From Spirochaetia bacterium (GTDB taxonomy: Bacteria > Spirochaetota > Spirochaetia > DSM-2461), in contig CAXXIA010000001.1 in the NCBI GenBank assembly GCA_963666985.2, positions 160,001-224,000 on the forward strand: 64,000 bases of DNA, in the 5' to 3' direction. The notes under the pieces are model-generated. The model had not been told where the DNA came from, searched no databases, and saw nothing but the letters and a program-made list of their open reading frames with translations. The translations under genes were made by a program, and so were the position numbers. This document shows, in pieces, positions 29,313 through 39,417 of the stretch (position 1 is its first letter; every line of letters begins with the position of its first letter).

Positions 29313-30038
29313 ATGGAAAAAAAGAAGATTCTCATCATTGATGATGAACAGATCAATCTCGATTTTTTTGACGTTATGCTTACCCGTTTGGGTTTTGAAG
29401 TTCTTATGGCGGTTGACGGCGAAGAAGGCCTCGAGATGATTAAGGAACATGTTCCCGATCTTATTATCTTGGACAATATCATGCCTCGGCTGACCGGATG
29501 GGAACTGACAAAGCTCATTAAGCAGGATGCATCTTACGCCGAATTTCGAAATATTCCGGTTATCATGTTTTCCGCCATGGATGCGGTAAAAGATAAAATC
29601 GAGGGCTTTGAGCTCGGCATTGACGATTATATCATTAAGCCGTTTAATTTCTCCGAGGTACTGGCCCGGATAAGGGCTGTCCTGAGGAACCATGAGCTTT
29701 CCCAGCAAGTCGTGCTTCGGGAAAAGCGTCTTGCGTTAACCGATTCTTTGAACAAGTCGCTGATTTATTTTACGGAACATTTAAAAGCGCCGGTGCTGAA
29801 TTTGGTGAAATCGGCTAAGAATCTTGATACTTCGAATCCCAAAGCCGTTGAGGACTTTAAGAAACAGGTTCTTGTAGAAACGGAGCAGACTCTCGCCGCT
29901 CTCGGCGGTTTGGAAGATGAAGTTAAGGAACTGCAGGAATCGGAAGGACATGTAAGAAAAGCGGAACTCTCTCTTCAGGAGCTTGAAGAACGTTTCAGGG
30001 AACATTTTCGCGGACTTCATGAAGAGGAATCGGCATGA
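29313..30038 (+). CDS. Response regulator (receiver plus helical output region)
   Basis: ILIIDDE, LIILDNIMP, DDYIIKPF. Confidence 0.92.
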   Translation: MEKKKILIIDDEQINLDFFDVMLTRLGFEVLMAVDGEEGLEMIKEHVPDLIILDNIMPRLTGWELTKLIKQDASYAEFRNIPVIMFSAMDAVKDKIEGFELGIDDYIIKPFNFSEVLARIRAVLRNHELSQQVVLREKRLALTDSLNKSLIYFTEHLKAPVLNLVKSAKNLDTSNPKAVEDFKKQVLVETEQTLAALGGLEDEVKELQESEGHVRKAELSLQELEERFREHFRGLHEEESA

Positions 30039-30256
30039 TAAGCGAGACCAAGGCTGAGGTTCTTCGACTTTTTGCCGAGGGCCGCGAGCTTTATAAAAAA
30101 CGGGATTTTCGCTCGGCAATGGAGAGATTCAAAGCCGCCTACGCTTTAGATCCCAATGACGGTCCGTCCAAAGTCTTTGGAGCCAGATGCAAACTCTACC
30201 TTGAAAATCCTCCCGCCGAAGGCTGGGATGGTGTTTTTGAGATGAAAACAAAGTAG
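30035..30256 (+). CDS. Small TPR-like protein
   Basis: FAEGRELYKKRDF...DPNDGPSKVF...WDGVFEMKTK; ATGA overlap with the regulator. Confidence 0.8.
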   Translation: MISETKAEVLRLFAEGRELYKKRDFRSAMERFKAAYALDPNDGPSKVFGARCKLYLENPPAEGWDGVFEMKTK

Positions 30257-30262
30257 CCCGCC

Positions 30263-30679
30263 ATGCCCCGCACTACAGAAAATCCCGCATATAAAGTCCG
30301 AACGGTCTTGGGCGGAGAAACGAAATTCAGCGGTATTCTCAAATACACCGATTCACTGAAAATCGACGGGCGTTTTGAAGGCGCCATCGAGTCGTCCGGA
30401 TTGCTTATCGTGGAATCGAAAGCGGAAGTGATTGCGGATGTAAAAGTCGGTACGCTGGTTGTGGCCGGCATCATCCGTGGTGATGTATCCGCCGAACGCC
30501 GCCTCGAACTTCTTCCGGGCGGCCGGATCATCGGGAATATCAGATGTCCCCATTTGATCATGGCGGAGGGAACGGGCCTCCAGGGACGGTGTGAAATGCT
30601 GGTCGATCCCGCCGGAACCGATATTTTCGCGATGCCTCTGGACAGGCTGAAAAAAACCATCGCCCGTGTCGGATCATAA
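30263..30679 (+). CDS. Bactofilin
   Basis: TVLGGETKFSGIL...LKIDGRFEGAI repeats. Confidence 0.9.
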   Translation: MPRTTENPAYKVRTVLGGETKFSGILKYTDSLKIDGRFEGAIESSGLLIVESKAEVIADVKVGTLVVAGIIRGDVSAERRLELLPGGRIIGNIRCPHLIMAEGTGLQGRCEMLVDPAGTDIFAMPLDRLKKTIARVGS

Positions 30680-31175
30680 AGACGGCTGTGCCGCCGGTAT
30701 TATCGAACGGTTAATCGCCGGGGGCGAAACGCTGGCCGCGGCGGAATCTTGTACCGGAGGCGGCATCCTGAAAGAGCTTACTTCGGTCCCGGGAAGTTCC
30801 TCGGCCGTTTGGGGCGGTATCGTTTCTTATGCAAACGAGGCGAAAATCAGTCTTCTGGACGTTGATCCGTCTCTTCTGAAAAAGGCTGGCGCGGTTTCCG
30901 AGGGAGTCGCGAAGGCCATGGCTTGGGGGATGATGACCCGCAGCGGCGCCGACAGAACGGTGGCCGTTACGGGGGTGGCCGGACCGTCGGGAGGAACACC
31001 GGAAACACCGGTGGGTACGGTCTGGATTGCCTGGTACGGACCGGAAGAAGGATTGACGGCCGAAAAGTATCAATTTGACGGAGATAGGGAAGCCGTCAGG
31101 GAACAAGCCGTGAAGGAAGCGCTTGACGGAGTGCGCCGTCAACTTGACAGGGAGACGAAGGCATCGCTATATTGA
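30666..31175 (+). CDS. CinA/PncC-family nicotinamide-mononucleotide deamidase
   Basis: AAESCTGG, VPGSS, YANEAK, GAVS, TGVAGPSGG. Confidence 0.9.
   Translation: MSDHKDGCAAGIIERLIAGGETLAAAESCTGGGILKELTSVPGSSSAVWGGIVSYANEAKISLLDVDPSLLKKAGAVSEGVAKAMAWGMMTRSGADRTVAVTGVAGPSGGTPETPVGTVWIAWYGPEEGLTAEKYQFDGDREAVREQAVKEALDGVRRQLDRETKASLY
31144..31173 (+). promoter_or_regulatory. Putative rho promoter
   Basis: TTGACA-N18-TATATT about 165 nt upstream of the rho start. Confidence 0.55.
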
Positions 31176-31337
31176 ATGAAGTAACGATCCCGGATCGTTC
31201 GTTTCTATCGCTGACAAACCCGTTTGCTTCATGAATCGGGTTGAAAATCAATACATACTAGACCATTGAAACCGACGGGGATTCGATTCTTCGTTGTCGG
31301 AGAAATCATGGGCATTTTCAACAGGAAGGATTAACTC

Positions 31338-33161
31338 GTGACCGAAAGCTCACTTCAACAGAGCGAACTTGACCTGCAGGACGGGCAGGATGAATCAAAA
31401 ACGGAAACTCCTAAGGGACGAAGAAAAGCAATCGTAATCAAAGCGAATGGCGATACGCCGGAAGCGGAAGCCGACGGCGGAGGAACCGACGGCGGCTTGT
31501 TCGCGGACGATCATTCCGTAACGGCCTCCCGGGAGAACGGCGTAAAAGAATCCGAAGAAGATTCACCGGCGCCTCGGAAAGACGAACTTGAGGATCAATC
31601 AGCCGATACTCAGGACGGCGAAGTTCTTGAGGCACCCGCGAAAGTCAAAGTTAAGAAAAAAATCAAAGTAGAAAAAAAACGAATCGAAGAATCTTCAGCG
31701 GAAACCGATGAAAACGTCACGGATGACGCCGGAAACGGAGGAGAGGCCGAAGAAGCGAAATCCTCGAATTCTTCCAATGGTGAATCCGCCAGGGAATCCG
31801 AAGGCGCGCAGACTAACCGCCGCCGCGGCAAAAAAGGCGGGAAGGCTCAAATAAAGGGCCCCAAACACGATCCGGACGCCCCGAAGATTCTAATCAACGA
31901 TTTATCCAAAATGACCATGCCCGAATTGCGGGAGCTTGCCGAAGATTTGGGTTTGAAAAAGGAAGATTTGATTCCCCTGAAAAAGCAGGAGATTATCTTT
32001 CAGGTTCTGACGACTCATATTGAGAGGGGCGGCGTTATTTACGCCTATGGTTCTCTGGAAATACTGCCCGACGGTTACGGATTTCTCCGGTCGCCTCAGA
32101 ATTCCTACCTCCCGGGTACCGACGACATTTACATCTCACCGAGTCAAATCCGTCTGTTCAATTTAAAGACCGGCGATACGGTGTACGGACAGATCCGATC
32201 ACCCAAGGAAGGAGAGCGATTCTTCGCCATGCTTCGGGTGGTCACCGTGAACTTTGATGAGCCGTCGGTTGCTCAAACCCGTGTATCTTTTGAAAATCTT
32301 ACCCCGCTTTATCCCACCGAGCGGCTGAACATGGAGACGCGCGTCGGAGATCCTTCCACGCGGATTATCAATCTTTTCTGTCCCATCGGTAAGGGACAGC
32401 GGGGACTGATCGTTTCGCCTCCCAAATCCGGTAAAACCATAATTCTTCAGAAAATCGCCAATGCGATTACCGAAAATCACCCGGAAGTGTATCTTATCGT
32501 CCTTCTGATCGACGAGAGGCCCGAGGAAGTGACCGATATGCAGCGCAGCGTTCAGGGAGAAGTCATCGCTTCCACCTTTGACGAGCAGGCTACGCGTCAC
32601 GTTCAGGTGGCCGAGATGGTTCTTGAAAAAGCCCGCCGATTGGTGGAGCACAAGAAGGATGTCGTTATTCTTCTGGATTCCATTACCCGCCTGGCCCGGG
32701 CCTATAACCAGACGGTTCCCACCAGCGGAAAGATTCTTTCCGGAGGTGTGGATTCCAACGCACTGCACAAGCCGAAAAGATTCTTCGGGGCCGCCCGGAA
32801 CATTGAGAACGGAGGCAGCCTGACCATCGTGGCTACGGCGCTGATCGAAACCGGCAGCCGCATGGACGAGGTTATTTTCGAAGAATTCAAGGGAACCGGC
32901 AACATGGAGCTGTCCCTGGATCGCCGCCTGGCCGACAAGCGCGTCTATCCGGCTTTCAACGTTAAGAAGTCCAGTACGCGTAAGGAAGATTTGCTTTTGA
33001 CAACGGAAGAACTGAACAAGATGTGGATTCTGCGGAAGGTTATGAGCCCCATGGACGATTTGGAATCCACCGAAATGATCGTTGACAAGATGCGCAAGAC
33101 CAAGAATAATGAGGCGTTTCTCAAAGGAATGAATACGTCCGGCGCCGGAGCCCGTGATTAA
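31338..33161 (+). CDS. rho: Transcription termination factor Rho with long N-terminal extension
   Basis: [49 protein letters not shown]. Confidence 0.99.
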   Translation: MTESSLQQSELDLQDGQDESKTETPKGRRKAIVIKANGDTPEAEADGGGTDGGLFADDHSVTASRENGVKESEEDSPAPRKDELEDQSADTQDGEVLEAPAKVKVKKKIKVEKKRIEESSAETDENVTDDAGNGGEAEEAKSSNSSNGESARESEGAQTNRRRGKKGGKAQIKGPKHDPDAPKILINDLSKMTMPELRELAEDLGLKKEDLIPLKKQEIIFQVLTTHIERGGVIYAYGSLEILPDGYGFLRSPQNSYLPGTDDIYISPSQIRLFNLKTGDTVYGQIRSPKEGERFFAMLRVVTVNFDEPSVAQTRVSFENLTPLYPTERLNMETRVGDPSTRIINLFCPIGKGQRGLIVSPPKSGKTIILQKIANAITENHPEVYLIVLLIDERPEEVTDMQRSVQGEVIASTFDEQATRHVQVAEMVLEKARRLVEHKKDVVILLDSITRLARAYNQTVPTSGKILSGGVDSNALHKPKRFFGAARNIENGGSLTIVATALIETGSRMDEVIFEEFKGTGNMELSLDRRLADKRVYPAFNVKKSSTRKEDLLLTTEELNKMWILRKVMSPMDDLESTEMIVDKMRKTKNNEAFLKGMNTSGAGARD

Positions 33162-33198
33162 CGGCTTTTTTACCGGATTAATAGATTAGGAATTGAAT

Positions 33199-33408
33199 AT
33201 GAAGAAAGGCATCCATCCCGATTACAAGCCGTCGAAAGTGACATGCGCCTGTGGTAATACGTTCGATACTTTTTCCACGGTTGGGGACATGCAGGTGGAA
33301 ATTTGCTCCAGCTGTCATCCCTTTTTTACCGGAAAGCAGAAGCTTGTCGATACCGCAGGACGTGTGGAGCGATTTAACAAGAAGTACGGTATCAAGACTT
33401 CCTCATGA
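33199..33408 (+). CDS. rpmE: 50S ribosomal protein L31 (Zn-binding type)
   Basis: [23 protein letters not shown]. Confidence 0.98.
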   Translation: MKKGIHPDYKPSKVTCACGNTFDTFSTVGDMQVEICSSCHPFFTGKQKLVDTAGRVERFNKKYGIKTSS

Positions 33409-33436
33409 GTTTGCCGGTTTCGGCCGGCGGTTCATG

Positions 33437-33471
33437 GAAAAGGGGAGCTTAAGGGCACCCCTTTTCTATTT
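33437..33471 (+). terminator. Rho-independent terminator after rpmE
   Basis: GAAAAGGGG...CCCCTTTTC hairpin followed by T-rich sequence. Confidence 0.7.
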
Positions 33472-33628
33472 CGGTTGCTCTTTTTTTCTCCGTAAATCCT
33501 TCTTCTTCCCCCATTTCTCCCTGTTGGGTGTTATGATTAAGGAATCTCATGAATAAAATGCTTTTGTTGATTCCGCAACCATCTCGGCTTAGAATCGTGA
33601 ATAACCCCATACGATACGGCGGGTCCTT

Positions 33629-34786
33629 TTGATTAATCAAATCGCGGTGCAGCATGAGAAGGAATATGGTGAAAAACCCTCCGTCGTCACCAGTGCTCCG
33701 GGGAAAATCGATCTGCTCGGTGAACACGGGGAGATTGCCCAAGGATATGTTCTGTCTTTGGCCGTAGACCGCCGTTTTTACGTGGCGGCCTCCATGAGAT
33801 CCGATAATTCGCTTCGTTTCTATTCCTCAAATCTCAACGAACGGAAGAAATCCACGATTGCCGGATTGAAATTCCGCCGGGAAGACCGCTGGGCGAACTA
33901 CAGCAAGGGCGTTATCGACGCCATGATACACATGGGATTCGGGCTCAAGGGCATGAACATCACGCTGATGAGCGAGGTTCCGATGGCCATCGGACTGGCT
34001 TCCTCTTCGGCCATGACTGTTGCTACCGCTTGTGCCGTTCGGGAACTCTATAACCTGGATGTCTCCGATGCCCAGACCATCGAGGCCGCCCGGCTGTCGG
34101 AAAGCCGTTTCATGGGACTTCACGAAGGAATCCGTTCTCCGATGGTTTCCTATTACGCCAAAGCCGGCTTTCTTACCTTGCTCGATATGCGTTCGTTCAA
34201 TGTGGAGCATATTCCCGCTCCTTCTTCTCCGACAACACTCATCGTTACGGATTCGAGGGTGCAGGAAACCATGAACGATGAGGAAAAAGAGGAAATCGAA
34301 GATTCCTGCCGGGACTGCATCAATGTTATGGATTTGCGCGATTCGGGGCAGATCTTTCGTGATATCTCGGAGGAAGATTTATCGAGTACCGTCGAGGGCT
34401 TAAGCGAACGCTCCAGGCGGGTTTGCCTGCATATCATCAAAGAGAATCTCCGAGTCGCCGAATTCCGCCGTTCTCTGGAAGAATCGGACGTGGAATCGGC
34501 CGGACGAATCCTATTTCGTTCTCATGAAAGCCTGAGAGATCAGCTGGAAATATCCTGTCCCGAACTTGACTGGCTGGCGAAAAGGGCCGTGGAAACACCC
34601 GGGGTTTACGGATCCAGGATGATTGGGAACGGATACGGCGGATGTACCGTTACTCTTATGGATGAAACCCTGAAGGATAATTATCAGGAGCGGCTGGAGG
34701 AGTACGACAGAATCTTCGGCTTTAAAGCCAGCATCTTCTCCGTTCGGACCGGCGACGGGGCGAGCGTTCACCGTCTCGATTCTTGA
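33629..34786 (+). CDS. Galactokinase-like GHMP-family protein (degenerate active site)
   Basis: APGKIDLLGEH, WANY, PMAIGLASSSA, SHESLRD, GSRMIGNGYGGC. Confidence 0.8.
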   Translation: MINQIAVQHEKEYGEKPSVVTSAPGKIDLLGEHGEIAQGYVLSLAVDRRFYVAASMRSDNSLRFYSSNLNERKKSTIAGLKFRREDRWANYSKGVIDAMIHMGFGLKGMNITLMSEVPMAIGLASSSAMTVATACAVRELYNLDVSDAQTIEAARLSESRFMGLHEGIRSPMVSYYAKAGFLTLLDMRSFNVEHIPAPSSPTTLIVTDSRVQETMNDEEKEEIEDSCRDCINVMDLRDSGQIFRDISEEDLSSTVEGLSERSRRVCLHIIKENLRVAEFRRSLEESDVESAGRILFRSHESLRDQLEISCPELDWLAKRAVETPGVYGSRMIGNGYGGCTVTLMDETLKDNYQERLEEYDRIFGFKASIFSVRTGDGASVHRLDS

Positions 34787-34960
34787 GCATGATACTGCCG
34801 ATTGCCGATGCCGGCGGTTTGGAATCTCCGGGAATCACAGTTTCGGAGGAAACCCATGAAGAACTTGAATCCCGGGTTGCCGCACCGGATTGCAGACCGG
34901 CGCTTCGGAACGGCTGTATTCCCATCGGTCCGATAACTTTGGAAGGGAGACTGGCCCCAT
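34783..34960 (+). pseudogene. surE: Internally deleted surE relic
   Basis: IADAGGLESPGI...VAAPD matches the SurE N-terminus (TNDDGxxSPG...VVAPD); it is fused to ALRNGCIPIGPI, resembling the SurE C-terminus. Confidence 0.55.
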
Positions 34961-35003
34961 GTGCCTCTATTCATGATACGATATCATGGAGGGGTGTATG
35001 GAA

Positions 35004-35684
35004 ATGAGTTTCCGGGAAGACGGAGTTCAGCTCTATGAAGAAGGGCGATATGCTTCGGCGCTGGAAATGTTTCTGGCCGAGGACATCAATCCCGCGGAGG
35101 ATTCGGAACTCTCGTATTACATGGGACTCTGTCACGCAAGGCTGGGAGAAACCGACGATGCGATGCGGCTTCTCGGCCTGACGTTTAAAACCGATACTAA
35201 TCTGGCCAGAATCTATCAGTCTCGAATGCTTTTTTCCTGGCTCCTTGTGGAACAGGGAGAGATCGAACAGGCCGAGCACAGCCTGAGAGAGGTTTTGCAG
35301 CAGGGATTCGAATCTCCCCAGGCCTGGGCGGCGCTGGGGTATTGCCAATGGCGCCGAGACCGCAGGGATCTGGCGCTGGAGAGCTATCGCAAGGCCGTGG
35401 AATTGGACCGGGAAAATTCAAACGCCGCCAACGGTTTGGGATATCTTCTTGCTGAAATCGGTGAAGATCCCGAAGAAGCCGTCGAACTTTGCCGTAGGGC
35501 CGTAGAGGCGGATTCTCATAACACAGCGTATCTGGATTCTTTGGGTTGGGCTCTTTTTCGCGCCGGCCGTCCGGCGGAAGCCGTACGCTATTTGACGGAA
35601 GCCCTTTCAAACAGTCCCGAAGACGGGACAATACGGAGTCATCTGGAGGCCATTCGAACACATGAGCAATCGGATCGCGGATAG
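35004..35684 (+). CDS. Tetratricopeptide repeat protein
   Basis: Multiple TPR units (AWAALGY, AANGLGY, AYLDSLGWAL). Confidence 0.9.
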   Translation: MSFREDGVQLYEEGRYASALEMFLAEDINPAEDSELSYYMGLCHARLGETDDAMRLLGLTFKTDTNLARIYQSRMLFSWLLVEQGEIEQAEHSLREVLQQGFESPQAWAALGYCQWRRDRRDLALESYRKAVELDRENSNAANGLGYLLAEIGEDPEEAVELCRRAVEADSHNTAYLDSLGWALFRAGRPAEAVRYLTEALSNSPEDGTIRSHLEAIRTHEQSDRG

Positions 35685-37749
35685 TCTCCGTTTTACAGCA
35701 GCCGTTCTCTTTATCGTTTTTGCCGTTCTTCCTCGGACGGCGCTTGCTCAGGAAGTGAGCCTTGAAGCGGCCGAAGCCCTCGACGAATGGCGATGGGGAG
35801 TCATCGCGTATAACGACGCTCTTCCCGGTAAATCTCTTCTGGCCATGGAGAGAGCCGTTTCTTTGAATCCCTCCGATCCTGTTTTTGCCGAATGGCTGGG
35901 GCGCGCTTACTGGCGTTCGGGGATGGAAGATGCGGCCCTGAAGGTTTGGGACCGTTTGTTCGAGGAGAATGCCGGATCCTCGGCGCTGCGGATAAGAGCG
36001 GAAGCTCTTCGCCGCCGCCTCAGCGGCGAAGCCGAAATTCCCGTCGACGACGAATGGGTTCCTTTGACGGCGTTCGACGGGCAGGAAGGAAATATACGGT
36101 ATTTTGAGCGGCCATCGGCTTCGCGCAGCGCGGGAGATGGAAGCGGCGCCCTTCTTGTGTCTTCCTATGCCGGAGGCGAAATAATACGCATTGATGTCAA
36201 CGGGACGCTGGTGGACCGCTATGAGGGCGGAGTGGAAGGATTCGACAGACCCTTCGACATTCTGCCTACCGGTGACGGCCGGGTTCTTGTTTCGGAATTT
36301 CAATCGGACCGCATTACGGTGCTCTCCATGGCCGAATACGGCCAAAACGATTACGACCGCGGATACAGAATCGAAACTTGGGGAGAGAGCGGCACCCGGA
36401 GCGACCAATTCCTGGGACCGCAGTATATGGCTCTTTCTCCCGACGGCAAATTCGTTTACGTAAGCGATTGGGGCAATCGGCGTGTTTCAAAATGGGGACT
36501 GGACGGCCGGCATGTTCTGAATTTTAAGAAGGGAGGCCGTTTCGGAGGATTCGAGGGACCGACCGGAATCGCATGCGATGGAGAGAGAGTTTATGTAGCG
36601 GACTCCCTTCGCGGTCATATCGATGTTTTCGATCCTTCGGGAAACTACCTGGGACCGCTTGCCGAAGAGGGACTCGACGCTCCCGAGGGTTTGTGCGTTA
36701 CCGAAGACGGATATCTTCTTATCGCCGACGGGGCCGATATCAAGCGGATTGATCTTAATTCGGGTGCCGTTGATTTGGAAGCAACGCTGGGAGCGGGAGA
36801 ACATCGAATTACAACCGCCTTCCCCGATGAAAACGGCAATCTGGTTGTGTGTGATTTCGATACCAATCGCATTGTCCTTCTGACTCCTCTCTCCACGCTC
36901 TATGGCGGATTGGAGGTAACCTTGGACAGAGTCCGTGCCGACGCCTTCCCGGACATGGCCGTCGATTTGACGGTCCGCGACCGGCGGGGCCGGCCGATTT
37001 CCGGTCTTGATGCGTCGAATTTCAGAGTTTTCGACGGTGATTTGGCCATAGGTCAGCCCATGCTGGACTGGAGTTCCTCCGTACCCGGAGTGGACGATTT
37101 GGATATCGCCGCCGTTATCGACTTGCATGGCAATTCCGGGGATATCCGCTCTTTAATCGCCGGAATCGATGATTTAACCGGTGAATTGCGTGCGGACGAC
37201 TCTTTCTTTCTTATCGGTGCGGGCGAAGATGCCGTTGTCAGAGATATCGTCCCGGGCGGCGGTTCCGACGCCTTTGAAAATCTCTTGAAAAGTCCCGCGG
37301 GAAACCGTCCCGTTGCCTGGGATGCGTCTTTGCGGCTGGCGGCGACGAGGCTTGCGCCGAGTCGAAACAGAAAGGCTATTGTCGCTTTTGTGAATCAACC
37401 GCCTTCATCAACCGCTTTCGACAAGTATGGACTGATGGAAACGGCAAGGCTCATGGCCAATAACGGCGTTGTTTTCTATCCCGTTTATGCGGATGATTCG
37501 ATTGAAAGTCGGGAGCTGAATTATATCGCCGAGCAAACAGGCGGAGAGCCTTCCTATCTCTATAGGCCTGAGGGAAGCGGAATTATCGCGCGAAATTTGA
37601 GGAAATCCGCCGTCGGACGCTACACCGTTACCTGGCGTTCTCCGAGAGATTCCGGATTCGGCAGGGAATTTCTTCCCGTTTCGGTGGAAGTCATCTACAT
37701 CAATAAGAGCGGACGGGACGAATCCGGCACTTTTACTCCTCTCCACTGA
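35662..37749 (+). CDS. Secreted TPR + NHL beta-propeller + vWA-like protein
   Basis: Signal peptide, TPR, NHL repeats (FLGPQYMA, YVSDWGNRRV, GPTGIA, YVADS), and C-terminal VRDRRGRPISGL / IAEQTGG. Confidence 0.8.
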   Translation: MSNRIADSLRFTAAVLFIVFAVLPRTALAQEVSLEAAEALDEWRWGVIAYNDALPGKSLLAMERAVSLNPSDPVFAEWLGRAYWRSGMEDAALKVWDRLFEENAGSSALRIRAEALRRRLSGEAEIPVDDEWVPLTAFDGQEGNIRYFERPSASRSAGDGSGALLVSSYAGGEIIRIDVNGTLVDRYEGGVEGFDRPFDILPTGDGRVLVSEFQSDRITVLSMAEYGQNDYDRGYRIETWGESGTRSDQFLGPQYMALSPDGKFVYVSDWGNRRVSKWGLDGRHVLNFKKGGRFGGFEGPTGIACDGERVYVADSLRGHIDVFDPSGNYLGPLAEEGLDAPEGLCVTEDGYLLIADGADIKRIDLNSGAVDLEATLGAGEHRITTAFPDENGNLVVCDFDTNRIVLLTPLSTLYGGLEVTLDRVRADAFPDMAVDLTVRDRRGRPISGLDASNFRVFDGDLAIGQPMLDWSSSVPGVDDLDIAAVIDLHGNSGDIRSLIAGIDDLTGELRADDSFFLIGAGEDAVVRDIVPGGGSDAFENLLKSPAGNRPVAWDASLRLAATRLAPSRNRKAIVAFVNQPPSSTAFDKYGLMETARLMANNGVVFYPVYADDSIESRELNYIAEQTGGEPSYLYRPEGSGIIARNLRKSAVGRYTVTWRSPRDSGFGREFLPVSVEVIYINKSGRDESGTFTPLH

Positions 37750-37756
37750 CGGTCCG

Positions 37757-38077
37757 GTGCCGATGTTTCACAAAACCGATAAACGCTGGGAATCCCATTG
37801 CTGCCGCTGCGGTCTCTGCTGTTATGAAAAAATCCGTCATCCCGGGGGAACGTGGACTCTTGATTTATCACGCCCCTGTCCCTGGCTGGATGAAAAAACA
37901 AAGCTTTGCCGTATTTATGAGAGGCGTCTTAAGGTTTATCCACGATGCCGCCGCGTTACGCTCTTTATGGCTTTGTTTGCCCGTTTCCTTCCCCCCACGT
38001 GCGGTTACGTTCGGAATCTCCGTCCGCGTTTTTTCCCTTCGTCAAAACTGATTTTGGAAGATACTGCCGACGAGTGA
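37757..38077 (+). CDS. CxxCxxCC cysteine-cluster protein (YkgJ/YcgN-like)
   Basis: WESHCCRCGLCC, CPWLD, CRIYERR, LPPTCGY. Confidence 0.8.
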   Translation: MPMFHKTDKRWESHCCRCGLCCYEKIRHPGGTWTLDLSRPCPWLDEKTKLCRIYERRLKVYPRCRRVTLFMALFARFLPPTCGYVRNLRPRFFPSSKLILEDTADE

Positions 38078-38283
38078 GGGAGTCTCCGAAGAGTCAGGAT
38101 CTTTTTTCTTTCCCTCAGGCCGTTTAACAGCGTGAAAGAACGAGATTCGGGCGGCCGTAACGCAAAGCGATATGACGAACCCGGCGGCCGCTCCAAAAGC
38201 CCGCCTGAAAAAAGAACACGGGCCTTCTTTCAGGCCCGCGGTGAACGGGATTTCCTTTTGAATATGCGCTGTATTCGCCGGCT

Positions 38284-38955
38284 TTAAAAAACAGGTCCGA
38301 TAGCGGCCAAACGCCATCCTTCCGGGAAATTTCGGAAATAGAAACCCATCTTTTGAGACCAGAACGTTACCTCCGGGAGAGCGTTTTCGTATCCCGGGCG
38401 GGTTTCCACGTCCAATCGCCAATATCCGTTGTCCAAAGGCGTCGTTTCAATGCCGTCCATGTAAAACACATCAGCCGGAGCGATGGAAAATAGATCGTAT
38501 TCATTGAAAAGCCGTCCGACCTCATCGGTAACTTCTTCACGGCTGAGCCCGGAGTCGAAAAGCGGGAGATACAGCGTTTCGGACATAACGGAGATTGTTA
38601 AACTGAGATTCTCATTAAAAACGCCTCTGAGAAGTTTGTTGAAGTAGTAATAGGAGGCATCGGCACCCGCGGGATCCGGGGCCGTTTTTTCGGGCCGTGA
38701 AGATACAATGGGTTTTGCTTCTTCGGCCGGGCGCTGGATTTCACCGAATCCGGGAAAAATCACCCGAACCATGGAGCGAAATTCTTCCGATCTTTTATGC
38801 TGATCAAGCTCATCAAACCGATCGGCGACCTTGTTGTAGGCATCGGCCAGATCGTAGCGCTGTACGTCGCTGAGTTGACCGAAAAAGGGTTCCGCAGCAC
38901 CGATCAGTCCGGTTAATGCAATCAATACGGCGATGAGAACAATGATGCGTTTCAT
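38284..38955 (-). CDS. Hypothetical secreted protein
   Basis: MKRIIVLIAVLIALTGLIGA signal peptide; GGAGG RBS. Confidence 0.75.
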   Translation of the reverse strand: MKRIIVLIAVLIALTGLIGAAEPFFGQLSDVQRYDLADAYNKVADRFDELDQHKRSEEFRSMVRVIFPGFGEIQRPAEEAKPIVSSRPEKTAPDPAGADASYYYFNKLLRGVFNENLSLTISVMSETLYLPLFDSGLSREEVTDEVGRLFNEYDLFSIAPADVFYMDGIETTPLDNGYWRLDVETRPGYENALPEVTFWSQKMGFYFRNFPEGWRLAAIGPVF

Positions 38956-39099
38956 CAAGAACCTCCCATGCAGATTCCTTTTCATGATAGCGCAGGAACA
39001 ATTCGTTGCAAAGCCTCATCGGTATACAAGCGACTACATTCCCGGCATTCCGTCCTTCCCGATTGATAGTCTTTCATGAAAGTCGTAAATTCTCCCTAT

Positions 39100-39417
39100 A
39101 TGGCGGAAACACCCAATGAATATACGAACGGCGATCTTCTCGAGGACGTTCTTGATGATGTCAAAGAACCGGATATGTGGAAGGTGATTCTGTTGAACGA
39201 CGATTATACGCCGAGGGATTTCGTTGTTGAGATTTTGGTTTCCATATTTCATAAACCGCCCATTGAAGCGACGAAAATCATGCTGGAAGTGCATAACCGG
39301 GGACGGGGAATGGTCGGAATCTACCCGCATGATATTGGGCGCACCAGAGTGGCTCAAGTTACGATGATGGCCAGAGAGAGGGAATATCCCCTGAAAAGTA
39401 TTCTGGAGAGGGCATGA
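39100..39417 (+). CDS. clpS: ATP-dependent Clp protease adaptor ClpS
   Basis: KVILLNDDYTPRDFV, IMLEVH, EYPL. Confidence 0.95.
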   Translation: MAETPNEYTNGDLLEDVLDDVKEPDMWKVILLNDDYTPRDFVVEILVSIFHKPPIEATKIMLEVHNRGRGMVGIYPHDIGRTRVAQVTMMAREREYPLKSILERA

